NCBI RefSeq assembly: GCF_006345805.1 | Contig: NC_043002.1 | Coordinates: forward strand, 65,720,001 to 65,784,000 | Direction: 5' to 3' | Origin: Octopus sinensis | Lineage: Eukaryota | Length of the DNA: 64,000 nucleotides | Shown here: positions 38,010-49,327 of the stretch, in pieces | Numbering within the stretch: position 1 is the first letter of the stretch | Layout of the letters: every line of letters begins with the position of its first letter | Position numbers and translations under genes: made by a program | The notes under the pieces: generated by a model | The model's input: only the letters and a program-made list of their open reading frames with translations | Databases searched by the model: none | What the model was told of the DNA's origin: nothing

Positions 38010-39294
38010 CATAAGTATGAGTATATATATATATATACATACAACCACACGTATAAATGTATGTGTGTATACATATAACCATACGAACATACAAATATAT
38101 TCACATATATATAGATATACGTATACATGTAAATATTTATAGAAATATGTGTGTGTAAATGCATACATACATACACATATACACACACACAGACACACAC
38201 ACACACACGCACATACCCCCCCCCCACACACACACATATATATATATATACATACATACATAAACTTGTTTGTAGTAACACGTTTCGATTAATTTTATCA
38301 TTTTCGTCTGAAGTATATAATCAGGGAAATGACCCATGCGTAGTTAATTATTTCTAGAATTAATTATTACTATTAATTATACCTTTATGTATAGTGTGTA
38401 TACAGTATCTATGCATGGCTGCATGCGTATACAGATGTATGTGTTTCTCTAAGATGTGCATGCACGTGTGTGTGTGTGTGTCTGCATGCACGCTTGTACC
38501 AAACCTCGTAATAAAGGAATCGAAGGGGAGCTGTCAGCAAGAATAAATAACCTTTGTACTCTATAGATTTTGTATCACGAGCATGTCACAACTGGGTGAC
38601 ATGTTTAATATTTACATAAGCCATTTGACGAAAGACCTTAACGAGATGTTTAGCACGAATGCACTGTTTTGGCAGCGCTAACAATGGCGGGTTACAAAAG
38701 GTTAGGTATATAGTCGTGTCTGTGCTTGTATGTCATGTAATACGTGTATGTGTTTCTCAAAATGTCTATATATTAGAATGTTTCTCTATATGTACGCGTG
38801 TGTGTGTTGTGTTCGTATTAGATTGTATATTGAGTTTGGGTGTTTGGATGTGTGTATGTGTGTGTGTGTGTTTCTGTATGTGTGTGTGTTTCTGTATGTA
38901 TCTATATTTGTTTATACGTCATCATTGTACAAGTATACGCGCATGCGTGTGTTAGTATATGTATGTATGTGAAGGCATGCGTATGCGCATGCACATGAAA
39001 CGTTGGTAAATATGCCAGAATGCAAAAGAATTGTACCACAGCGTCAACCATACCCCTCAAGATATTCTCTTGGAAGTTTATCCCAGCCTCCCACAGAGTT
39101 ATAGAATCACCGAGGGAGTTTTCGAATGTGAAATCTCAGCTCCAAAAATTGACGTTCATGCAGCAAGACGGTGGAGATATCTGTCTCTTCAGTCGGACCT
39201 ACACACAGAAACACGGTGTTCATATCCTTCAACATTTGCTAAATTAATCCACATATTGCAAGTTAGTTGAGATTGTAGTAACGCTAATCCTTTC

Positions 39295-39490
39295 TACTCA
39301 AGGCCCAAGGCCCGAAATTTTAGGGGAGGGGGCCAGTCGATTAGATCGAACCCTCTACGCAACTAGCACTTAATTTATCGACACTGAAAGGTTCAAAGGC
39401 AAAATCGACCTCGGCGGAATTTGAACTCAGAACATAAAGACAGACGAAATACCGCTGAGCATTTCGCCCGGCTTGCTAACGTTTCTGCTA
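39295..39490 (-). mobile_element. SINE family 2 variant
   Basis: Reverse complement of GCAGAAACGTTAGCAAGCCGGGCGAAATGC...GAGTTCAAATTCCGCCGAGGTCG. Confidence 0.85.
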
Positions 39491-40249
39491 ATGATGTAAA
39501 GAATCTAGAAAAGTTTCTCATTTCTCTTCAGCTCACTGTTTATCCGGATCACAATCTACAATTACATGTTAGAGCTCTCATTTTGTTACTACAAAATTTA
39601 GATACAGAAAGCTCTATTACTAAAGAAACTAACTGTCCAATTTCTTATGCCCCAAACGATAAAACCTGCTATTATATGTGTTTATGACTGCAAACAGCAG
39701 ATTCTCCAAACATCTTTATTCCCAGCTATGCAAGACGAAAAGAGATCAGGAAAGACCTAAACGGATACTGCACATAGAGAACGTGAAGTGAAAAGGAATT
39801 GATTATATTAAGACAAACTCAAGTAGAAAATTTAATAGTTTATAGAAAGCTTATCAAATCATGCCAAATTTATAGTGGCGACGAATGACTGCGGATAATG
39901 ACCGTGACAAATATCAGGGACAACCATTCGAAGTTGTAGAATTTAAAGAGAAACGTTCATATTCCTCACATGGTCAGATCTATGCTACACTGGACCTAGT
40001 ATCTTTATGTCCATTATGAGAACATAATGTAAAACTAAAAGTCTAGATGTTACTGTTCGAAATATGCAGTTTTGTCAGAATTGTTTCTGCTTTATTTGTT
40101 GTAATCAATTTAGGGTTACAAGAAACTAATATAAAGAAAAATCATTAAGATAGTTTTATGTCTCAAAATGGAACTTAATGAATAAACGTAGCCCCAGAAG
40201 TTTCATAATTCATTGAAAGTTGGAAATTTCGTTTTTATATCTTTTACAT

Positions 40250-40575
40250 GTCTCAGTCATTAGATTGATGCAATGCTAGGGGATTTTAGTCAAATGAATC
40301 GATCCGAGTACCTATTTTAAGCCCAGCACTTATTCTCTCGGCCCCTTTCGCCGAACCACTGGATTACGGTGACGTTATCAAGCGGTGGTGGGTTCAAACA
40401 CACACACACACACTTGTATTTATACGACAGGTTTCTTTCAGTTTCCGTCTACCAAATCCGGTCATAAATCTTCGATTTGTTAGAGGTTATAGTGTTGAAA
40501 GTACCACAGAGTGGGACTGAACCCGGAACCATGTGGTCGGGAACAAAACGTCTTAACACACAGCCACTCCTGCAC
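40250..40575 (-). mobile_element. SINE family 1 (diverged)
   Basis: TTTCAGTTTCCGTCTACCAAATCC...AGTGGGACTGAACCCGGAACCATGTGG...ACACAGCCAC. Confidence 0.8.
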
Positions 40576-40770
40576 CAAAATATACAATTTTAGATATACA
40601 CCCGCATTAAAACAAACAATCTATGCAAATATTTATTCACAAAACTCGTTACCTAAGAACTCAAAGTTTAACAAAAGATGTTTCTCCTTCTTCGACATCC
40701 GGGCGTCGCCGGGTAACTCTGCAAGTGTGTGTGTGTGTGTATGTGTGTGTGTGTATGTGTGTGTGTGTGT

Positions 40771-40812
<42 letters not shown>

Positions 40813-40945
40813 TTGGCTTGTAAGTACGACTGAGAAGTCTCTAGAATCTTGCTGCAATTTTTTGGCCGATTCTCACAGAATTATGTATTCATATGCGTAA
40901 GTGTATGTGCATATGACTGTACGTATATGTGGGTGTGTGTGTGCT

Positions 40946-40987
<42 letters not shown>

Positions 40988-40992
40988 ATATC

Positions 40993-41042
<50 letters not shown>

Positions 41043-41081
41043 CATATATACATATATTATATATAACTATATACATATATA

Positions 41082-41122
<41 letters not shown>

Positions 41123-41201
41123 TATAATATAATATATATATATTATATATATATGTATATATATATATATTAAATATATATATATATATATTAACATATA
41201 T

Positions 41202-41232
<31 letters not shown>

Positions 41233-42478
41233 CATATATATATAACATATATATATATATACATATATACATATATACATATATACATATATATATTATA
41301 TATATATATATATATATACATATACACATACATACATACATACATACTACATACATACATACATACATACATACATACATACATACATACATACGTACAT
41401 ACATACACACAAGTATTTATGCGTATGTACGTTCAGTACAAATATATTTAAGTTTCTTTTAGCGTTTTTCTTTTATTTTGTTTGTTTTCTCAGTTGTATT
41501 TGAATTGTTTTCTTTGTCCTATACACTTCTGTATACATTTACAGATTTTAGTCTTAAGTTACAGAGAGAAAAAATATAGGAGAACGGGGGGGGGCGACGT
41601 TGCTAGCTCTGAATCTCATACCGGCAGCCATAATTAACGTATTTCCTTCCATGCCTGTATGACCTCACCTTTGTCCCTCTATTATCCTTCATCGTTTTGT
41701 ATGCCATCTCGACACCAGCCATTTCATCAACACCACCACAACCAGCACTACAACCATGAAAAAAAATACGACACCATCCACTATTACAATCGTAAACATC
41801 ACCTTCACAGCCACCACAACCACCACAACCACCACCACATCTATCGCCAATAATCAAGCTAAGTAGACAGTCATACAATTGTATAAGATTGGCGACAACA
41901 TTTCTGCTACCATCCCATTCATTGTTGCCTAGGTTACAGAATTTTAAGCTTCTAATTGCAAGCATACATTGTTTCGTATCCGTCTCTCTGGCTATCTCTG
42001 TCTTCATTTCCCCCCCTTTTTTTGTCTTTTATATAGTTCTGTCCATATAATGTATATATTTTTCATTGTTTTTCTCTCACTCTCTTTCCCTGTGTGTGTG
42101 TGCTCGCATATGAATGTATATACTTATACATCTATGTATATAGTTGCATACATATTATAGTAAAGGAAAGGAAAATATATACGAATATTTACATCTATAC
42201 ATCCAAATATAGAGATGCGAATGTGTAAATATGCGTGTGTGTGTGTGTGTGCAAATAGATATGTGTGTGAGTGTATGTGCGTGCGTACGCGCGCATATAT
42301 ACGCACAAAGACGAGTAAAAATAAACGCATACATGCATAGATATTAATCTGTGCATGTATGTAATCATGGTGTAATATTTTTCGCTATGTCTCTTTCGAT
42401 CCTTAATATTGCTTTTCCCCTTCTTTGATTATTCTTCACTTTTCCCTTTTTGCCTTCTCTCTCTCTCTCTCTCTCTCT

Positions 42479-42526
<48 letters not shown>

Positions 42527-42929
42527 TAATATATATATATATTCATATAAACGCGTTATGTATTTATCGCTGTTAGTCATAAATCTGTCAGTTTATGTGT
42601 TTATTTATCTGTATGTTTATCTGTCCCTGTAAGCTGGTATTGATCTCTGCATCTATCTATTTATCGACTAAAATACGTTTTCTTTTTTATCAATTTCTGG
42701 CATCCGCTTCGACTGTAACAATATAAGAACTTTTCATTGAAACGACAGACAAGCTTCATTCCACAAATCGCTTTCCATTCTCAGTAGGAGCCATTATAGA
42801 CTTCCACAACTCATACATTGTAAACATTTTTTATAATCCGAATAAGCGCCACAGTTTCCTATTGTTATCCTACAAGTCTCTGAGTTTCTGTGCTTTATAT
42901 GGCGACTTTCAAGGTGAAGAGTTTAAGTT

Positions 42930-43980
42930 TCGGAGCCGACTGAAAAGTTCATAGGCGGACCAAGATGCTCTCATGGAATGTGATGAAATGAGGTTTATTT
43001 TTTAACATAGTCCCCTAGTCTACATACGTCTTGCATTGGTGTTGAAGTGCTTGGATCTCATTGGTGAAAAAGCTTTCATCATGTTAATAAAAAAAGTTAT
43101 CAACAGCGGATATAACGTCATCATCACGGCGACACAAAGTGTTTTTTTTTTCATGCTGGAGAACAGATAATAGTCAGATGGGGTCAAATCAGTAGAAAAG
43201 GGAGAGTGATCAACGAATTCAAAGCCACTGTCAAGCATAGCAGCCATTAAAACCAAGGACTTGTGTGCTGTAGCAGTGTCCTAATGAAACAAGGAACCTT
43301 TCGTAACTGCCTCAGCAAGTTGGCATAGTGTTCTCCATTTTCAGTGTGACCCTTTTAAAAATAGTCAATAAACACAATGTCTTTTGCATTACCCAAAATT
43401 GGGACCATCAATTTCCCTGCACATAAAACGACCTTGGCTTTCTCTGGAGCATGGAGGGCAATTTCCACCGCGAGGATTGTCTCTTAGTCTTTGACTCAAA
43501 GTGATAACCCGAACAAACATCCTTGATTAGGAGATGTTCGATAAAACCGGCTGGATCTGTCTCAAGCAATGTCAGATTTTCCCATGATGTGATCAAATAG
43601 CACGCTTTTGATCAGGAGGCAGAAGACGTGGTACCCATCGAGCAGAAACCTTCATCATGCCAAGTTCATTGTTCAGAATATTCACTTTTCTCTTTTGGGA
43701 TATGCTAATAACGTTACCTGTTTGATTTATAGCTAATCGCTAGTCATCTATCAACATGCGGTGAACACGATCAATATTTTCCTCGGTGGTGGTATTTGCA
43801 AGACTTTCAAAATCTTCAAGACTCTTTGTTCTTCTCCAAAATTCAGCTTCCCACTTTTGCACTGTTAATAAAGCTGGGGTATCGTCCCTTAATGTAGCAA
43901 CCATGTCAGTATGAATATGCTTATTGGCTAAATCGTTTTCTGCAAGTACTTCGTAACGCCACGATACCAAATTTTGCCCA
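42930..43980 (-). mobile_element. Mariner remnant (irritans-like), decayed
   Basis: IHTDMVATLRDDTP..TVQKWEAEF...TTTEENIDRVH, ESKTKRQSSRW, VDHSPFSTDLTPSDYYLF. Only one TIR-like end (GCCGACTGAAAAGTTCATAGGC) is recognisable. Confidence 0.8.
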
Positions 43981-45064
43981 TTTTGAAGAGAAATCGCAAC
44001 TAGTTACTTTTGAAGTCTTTTTTGAACCGTCAGATGTCAATTTACCTGCAAAGAAACAATGCAGATAGTGATAAGAGTTGAAATTAATGCATGCAAAATT
44101 TCATAGCTCTAGCATCACTCCTTCATAGTCAGCCTGAAATCTAAGATACAATTTAGTTTGTCGAGCCACACCGAATATAGCCATTCCGATAATTCTCAGG
44201 TAACGATAGACAGTAAACATAGCCGTTTGATCTTTTAGAAATAGCAGCTTAAATCACACTTTACAGATGAAACGCATTTTATCATGTTTCTTCGTCTAGG
44301 ATGCAACCGGGATTAGATAATAAGAACAACACCAATTCGGTTATACCATTACTATCAAAAACATGAAGCATTGAAGCCGTCTGTGTGCCGTTGCTCGGTC
44401 TTCTAGTAATCCAGTTAAACTGCCTTTAAATCACACTCAGGCTGCATTGCATGATATACTTCGAGAAAACAGCGAAGGGCTCAGCTGGAGCAATCTTGAT
44501 CATAGGCATGTTCCTTCAGAGATCACCAGAGGCTGAACATTAACAACACTCTTATCAATACCAATTCAATAAACATCCACAAATTCACTCGTCTTGCTAG
44601 AAATAACAGCCTAATTTGCCTCAATGGCACCCTACCATCTGAAATAAAAACACATTGAGTTCGACGTTGTCACAATTCCACCAATCCATTGGTGCTTTTT
44701 TATCGATCCCGAGGGATTAAAACGGAAAGGTGGCCTCAGACGGATTGCTTCGCAATTCTTTGTTATCAAGTTCGGACTTGACGAGCGTTACCTTTGGTGA
44801 GACGGACAATGGCTTGTGAGTAAAATTTTGGATACAGAGCCTACAGGGAAGTTATCCACATAGACCAATCTTGCTTATTAGTGATAGACTTCCTCTGTTG
44901 ACCTATTTCATACCACTTCCTGGTTAACTGAGGGATGCATTTAGCGGGGCCTGTTCTGTTCCTAGCATTTAAACCTAAACTTCAATTGGGGATTAACATC
45001 CACCAGTATTAAGGAAGGATAGGAAAATATTAGATTTATAAGCCCTAAAAATTCACTCCATAAT

Positions 45065-45310
45065 TGCTCACGGGCATATGGTATAATGGTTACGATTGCA
45101 GGCTACTAACCCCAAGATTCCGAGTTCGATTCCAAGCAGTGAACTGAATAATAATAATAATACCCTAGGAATGAAAACCGAGTTTCGAAATTTCTCCAAG
45201 ACACCTGATGAAGGCTGGAGGGTATATCAGCCGAAACGTTGTGCTAACAAAAACAAGATGAGAACAAATATCCGTCAAATGTAAATGCTGTAAATAATGT
45301 AAATAATGAA
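45065..45310 (+). mobile_element. tRNA-headed, hammerhead-bearing SINE-like element (second copy)
   Basis: CACGGGCATATGGTATAATGGTTA...GAGTTCGATTCC, (AAT)n, hammerhead, AACAAGATGAG...ATGTAAATAATGTAAATAATG tail; colinear with 10905-11160. Confidence 0.88.
45200..45245 (+). ncRNA. Minimal type I hammerhead ribozyme motif
   Basis: GACAC-CTGATGA-A-GGCTG(GAGGGTATAT)CAGCC-GAAAC-GTT-GTGCT: canonical CUGAUGA and GAAA, palindromic AACGTT stem III, predicted cleavage after GUU (45240). Confidence 0.75.
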
Positions 45311-45979
45311 CATCCATCTTTCATTTCATCGAATTTCGAAATCATAGAAAAGGGCATGAGCACAGCCTTTTTCAGGTAACGAAGCCAAAACGCAATGATG
45401 CTTGTACGAATGAGACTTATAAGCTCTCTTATATTGTAAGCTCTTCAACTTTCACTAAAATATTGCGTTCTAGGGACCAAATAGTATGAAATACTTGATT
45501 CGAGTTCAACTGTAGGATTTTAATAGTTTAAAAACTAAGGACTTATGAATACATACACACGTGTGTATATGTAAGTGTTTTGGCACGATTCTTTAAAAGA
45601 GAAGGTGTGTAGTATGAGAGTGTGTGAGTGTGCGTGGATGTGTGTGCATGCTGGTGTATAAAGGATGATGGTAGCCTCTTATAGTCCGAGAATGACGGTT
45701 CTGCAATTTCTTGCTGATCAATCTGAATAAATAATTTGTTTATAGCAGCGGTTCCCAACCTATGCATGAAAGTGTGTGTGTATTTCTGTATGTGCACATG
45801 TATGTGTGTATGTATGTATGTTCGTATATGTCTTTATGTATAGATACATGTATGCACGTGTGTATTTTCATGTGTATATACGTGCATATGTAATCATATG
45901 TATGTATGTATGTAAGTATATACAAGCATATGTATGTAAGCATATGTGTATATACCTGCATATACATGTATATGTATGT

Positions 45980-46184
45980 ATTCTTTTACCTGTTTCAGTC
46001 ATTTGACTGCGGCTATGCTAGGGCTGCCTTTAGTCGAACAAATCGACTCCAAGATTTAATCTTTGTAAGCCTGGTACTTATTCTATCGGTGTCTTTTGTC
46101 GAACTGCTATGTTCGGGGACGTAAACACACCAACATCGGTTGTCAATCGATGGCGGGGGACAAACACAGACACACACACACATA

Positions 46185-46185
<1 letters not shown>
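45980..46185 (-). mobile_element. SINE family 1, 3' half (the 5' half resumes at ~46575-46690)
   Basis: TGTTTCAGTCATTTGACTGCGGC tail and body. The palindromic element at 46282-46562 lies between the two halves. Confidence 0.8.
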
Positions 46186-46223
<38 letters not shown>

Positions 46224-46281
46224 CGGAGATGTACTCGCATAGCAAGTAATTTGATCTGAGATCGTGTGCTGAAACGAAAAC

Positions 46282-46562
46282 AATTGCAGCGTGGAAGGTG
46301 TTTATAAGCCATTAAGAAACACACAAAAGCCGTTCGATTCACTTCAACATTTAAGTTTAATTTGTCAAAATATTTTCGTCGCTAAAATCCGCGACCTGTT
46401 CACTGACAAGTCCGTGCTGCATCTCTGCGGACTTTGTCAGTGAACAGGTCGCGGATTTTAGCGACGAAAATATTTTGACAAATTAAACTTAAATGTTGAA
46501 GTGAATCGAACGGCTTTTGTGTGTTTCTTAAATGGCTTATAAACACCTTCCACGCTGCAATT
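46282..46562. mobile_element. 281-bp near-perfect palindrome with a G3-C8 variant hammerhead fold in each arm
   Basis: ~133-bp arms with about two single-base indels. Plus arm 46433-46482: TTTGTCA-GTGAACA-G-GTCGC(GGATTTTA)GCGAC-GAA-AATATT-T-TGACAAA. The mirror copy is on the minus strand at ~46361-46409. Confidence 0.85.
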
Positions 46563-46842
46563 CTATATATATATATATATCACGGGCTTCTTTCAGTTTC
46601 CGTCTATCGAATCTACTCACAAGGCTTTGTTCGGCCCAACGCTATAGTAGAAGATACTTGTCCAAGGTGCCACGCAGTGGGACTGAACCCGACATTTTGG
46701 GATACATGTATGTATGTATGTATGTATGTATGTATGTATGTATGTATGTATGTATATTTGTCATTATTCAGTTTTATTTCAAGATTTCTTGTCAATAGAG
46801 AAAGAGCCGGTTTCAACCTAGGTCCAAGGCTCCTTCATCAAT

Positions 46843-46935
<93 letters not shown>

Positions 46936-47492
46936 CGTGTGTATAAATGTATGTATGCACACGTGTATGTACATATAAATGTGTGCTTGTGTGAATATAT
47001 TTACGGGCGTATGTATGTACGGAAGTACGTGTATTATGTGTGTATGTACGTGTGTATGTACGTTTGTATGTATACATGTACATGTGTTATGCATGTATGC
47101 ATGTATATATATATGTATGTGTCTACATAAGTATATATACACGTACGTGTGTTATGTATGTATGTATGTATATGTGTATGTATGTATCTACATAAATATG
47201 TATATATGTACATGTGTGATGCATGTATGCATGCATGTAAGCACGCATGCATATATGGTTGTATGTGTGTGTATATCTGTAAATGTACGTATGCGTATTT
47301 CTGTATGTTGTACGTATGTGTATGCGTGCACGTGTCAACTTCAGGACACTCACTATTGGGAAAAAGAGAATACGTGAGTGTATGAATGTGTGCGCATGTA
47401 TATTAGTGTATGCGTGCGTATATGTGTGCATATATGTATATGCGTGCGTATATGTGTACGTATATGTGTGCATATAAGGCGGCGACCTGGTA

Positions 47493-47715
47493 TAAGGCGG
47501 CGAGCTGGCAGAAACGTTAGCACGCCGGGCGAAATGCTTTGCGGTATTTCGTCTGCCGTTACGTTCTCAGTTCAAATTCCGCCGAGGTCGACTTTGCCTT
47601 TCATCCTTTCGGGGTCGATAAATAAAGTACCAGTTACGCACTGGGGTCGATGTAATCGGCTTAATCCCCTTGTTTGTCCCTTTTATGTTTAGCCCCTTGT
47701 GGGTAGTAAAGAAAT
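47493..47715 (+). mobile_element. SINE family 2, complete, with duplicated head start
   Basis: ATAAGGCGGCGA repeated (47474, 47491); body as 24374; tail ...TTAGCCCCTTGTGGGTAGTAAAGAAATA. Confidence 0.92.
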
Positions 47716-48134
47716 ATATATGTGTGCACGTATATTTGTGTACCCATGTGCTTATGTGTGTGTGTGTAAAACAAGCTGTTCAATAAGCACACGAATGCGT
47801 TTTTTTAATTACGTAACAGAATACGCGTGTGAGTGTGCGTGTATTTGTGCTTTTTCGTATACATGCATAGGTGTGTGTTTGATTATACGTTTGTGCGTAT
47901 GTCTTTGCGGGTGTATACAACTGAGTTTGTGTGCGTGAGAGTGAACCTGTAGGTGTTTTGTGTGTGTGTGTGTGTGTGTAAAAGAGAAAAATGAAGTAAA
48001 AAATTACAATGAGAAAAACGTTAATTGCAGGAAAAATGAATTCCTTGTGTGCATATGTATATATATAGTGTAATATATATACTATATATATATAGAGAGA
48101 GAGAGAAAGAGAGAGAGAGATACACATATATTAT

Positions 48135-48172
<38 letters not shown>

Positions 48173-49076
48173 TATACATATATATAGATATATGTATATA
48201 TATATGTGTGTGTTGATAAATATATATATTTTATATATATGCCATATAGACATATACATACACACACACACACGCACGCACACACACACATACACATATA
48301 TATAATACATATATATATATATATATATATGCATAAACATAAATACTATACGTACACATATACATATGTACTATATATGTATGTATATATATATATTTTT
48401 TTTTTTTTTTTTTTGTTGTGTGAAATGTGTCTGTCTATATAAGCATCTGCTTTTATGTGCGTATGTGTTTTTCGTGTGTACATGTACTCTGTGCGTATGT
48501 GATTCTATTCTTGTTGGTTTTCATATTAAAACAAATCACAACAAATTCAGAATGCAAAACTGTTCTACAACAACAAAAAAACAACGCGTTGAATGAATAC
48601 AAAACATAATCAATTTAAATAAAAAGAATAATTGTACAAAAAATATACACGAAATTATTCAATATTTTAAAAATATGAGAATCCGCCATTATAGTTTGAG
48701 ATATTTTTTTGCACATTTTCTGTATTTATGTTCGTTAAATTATTTTGTGTTTAGTGTTATATTTTTGTTTTATGGTTTTGTTTATTTTTGCTGTTATTTA
48801 TTTAGAGAATCTTTATTTATTCATTCAGTTTCTTTTTATCTCCGCCAACATTTAAAATACAATCTAATGTTGATATCTGTGTTATGTATGTGTATATGCA
48901 TGTGTATGTGTGTATACGCATACGTATATAAATATGTGTGTGCGTGTGCATGTATGTATGAGGTAAATATCAACATTCGTTTGTATTTTTAAAAAGTGCC
49001 AGACGTAAACATATTTACAAAGATGGTTTTATATGTGTGTGTATGTATACATGTATTATGTATGTATGCATGTATA

Positions 49077-49326
<250 letters not shown>

Positions 49327-49327
<1 letters not shown>

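Noticed and set aside
38272-38316. Hammerhead-like strings at 38272-38316 (minus), 24228-24260 and 33360-33400 (minus)
   Set aside because: The core is mutated and stems I and II do not pair convincingly; they could be chance matches in AT-rich DNA.
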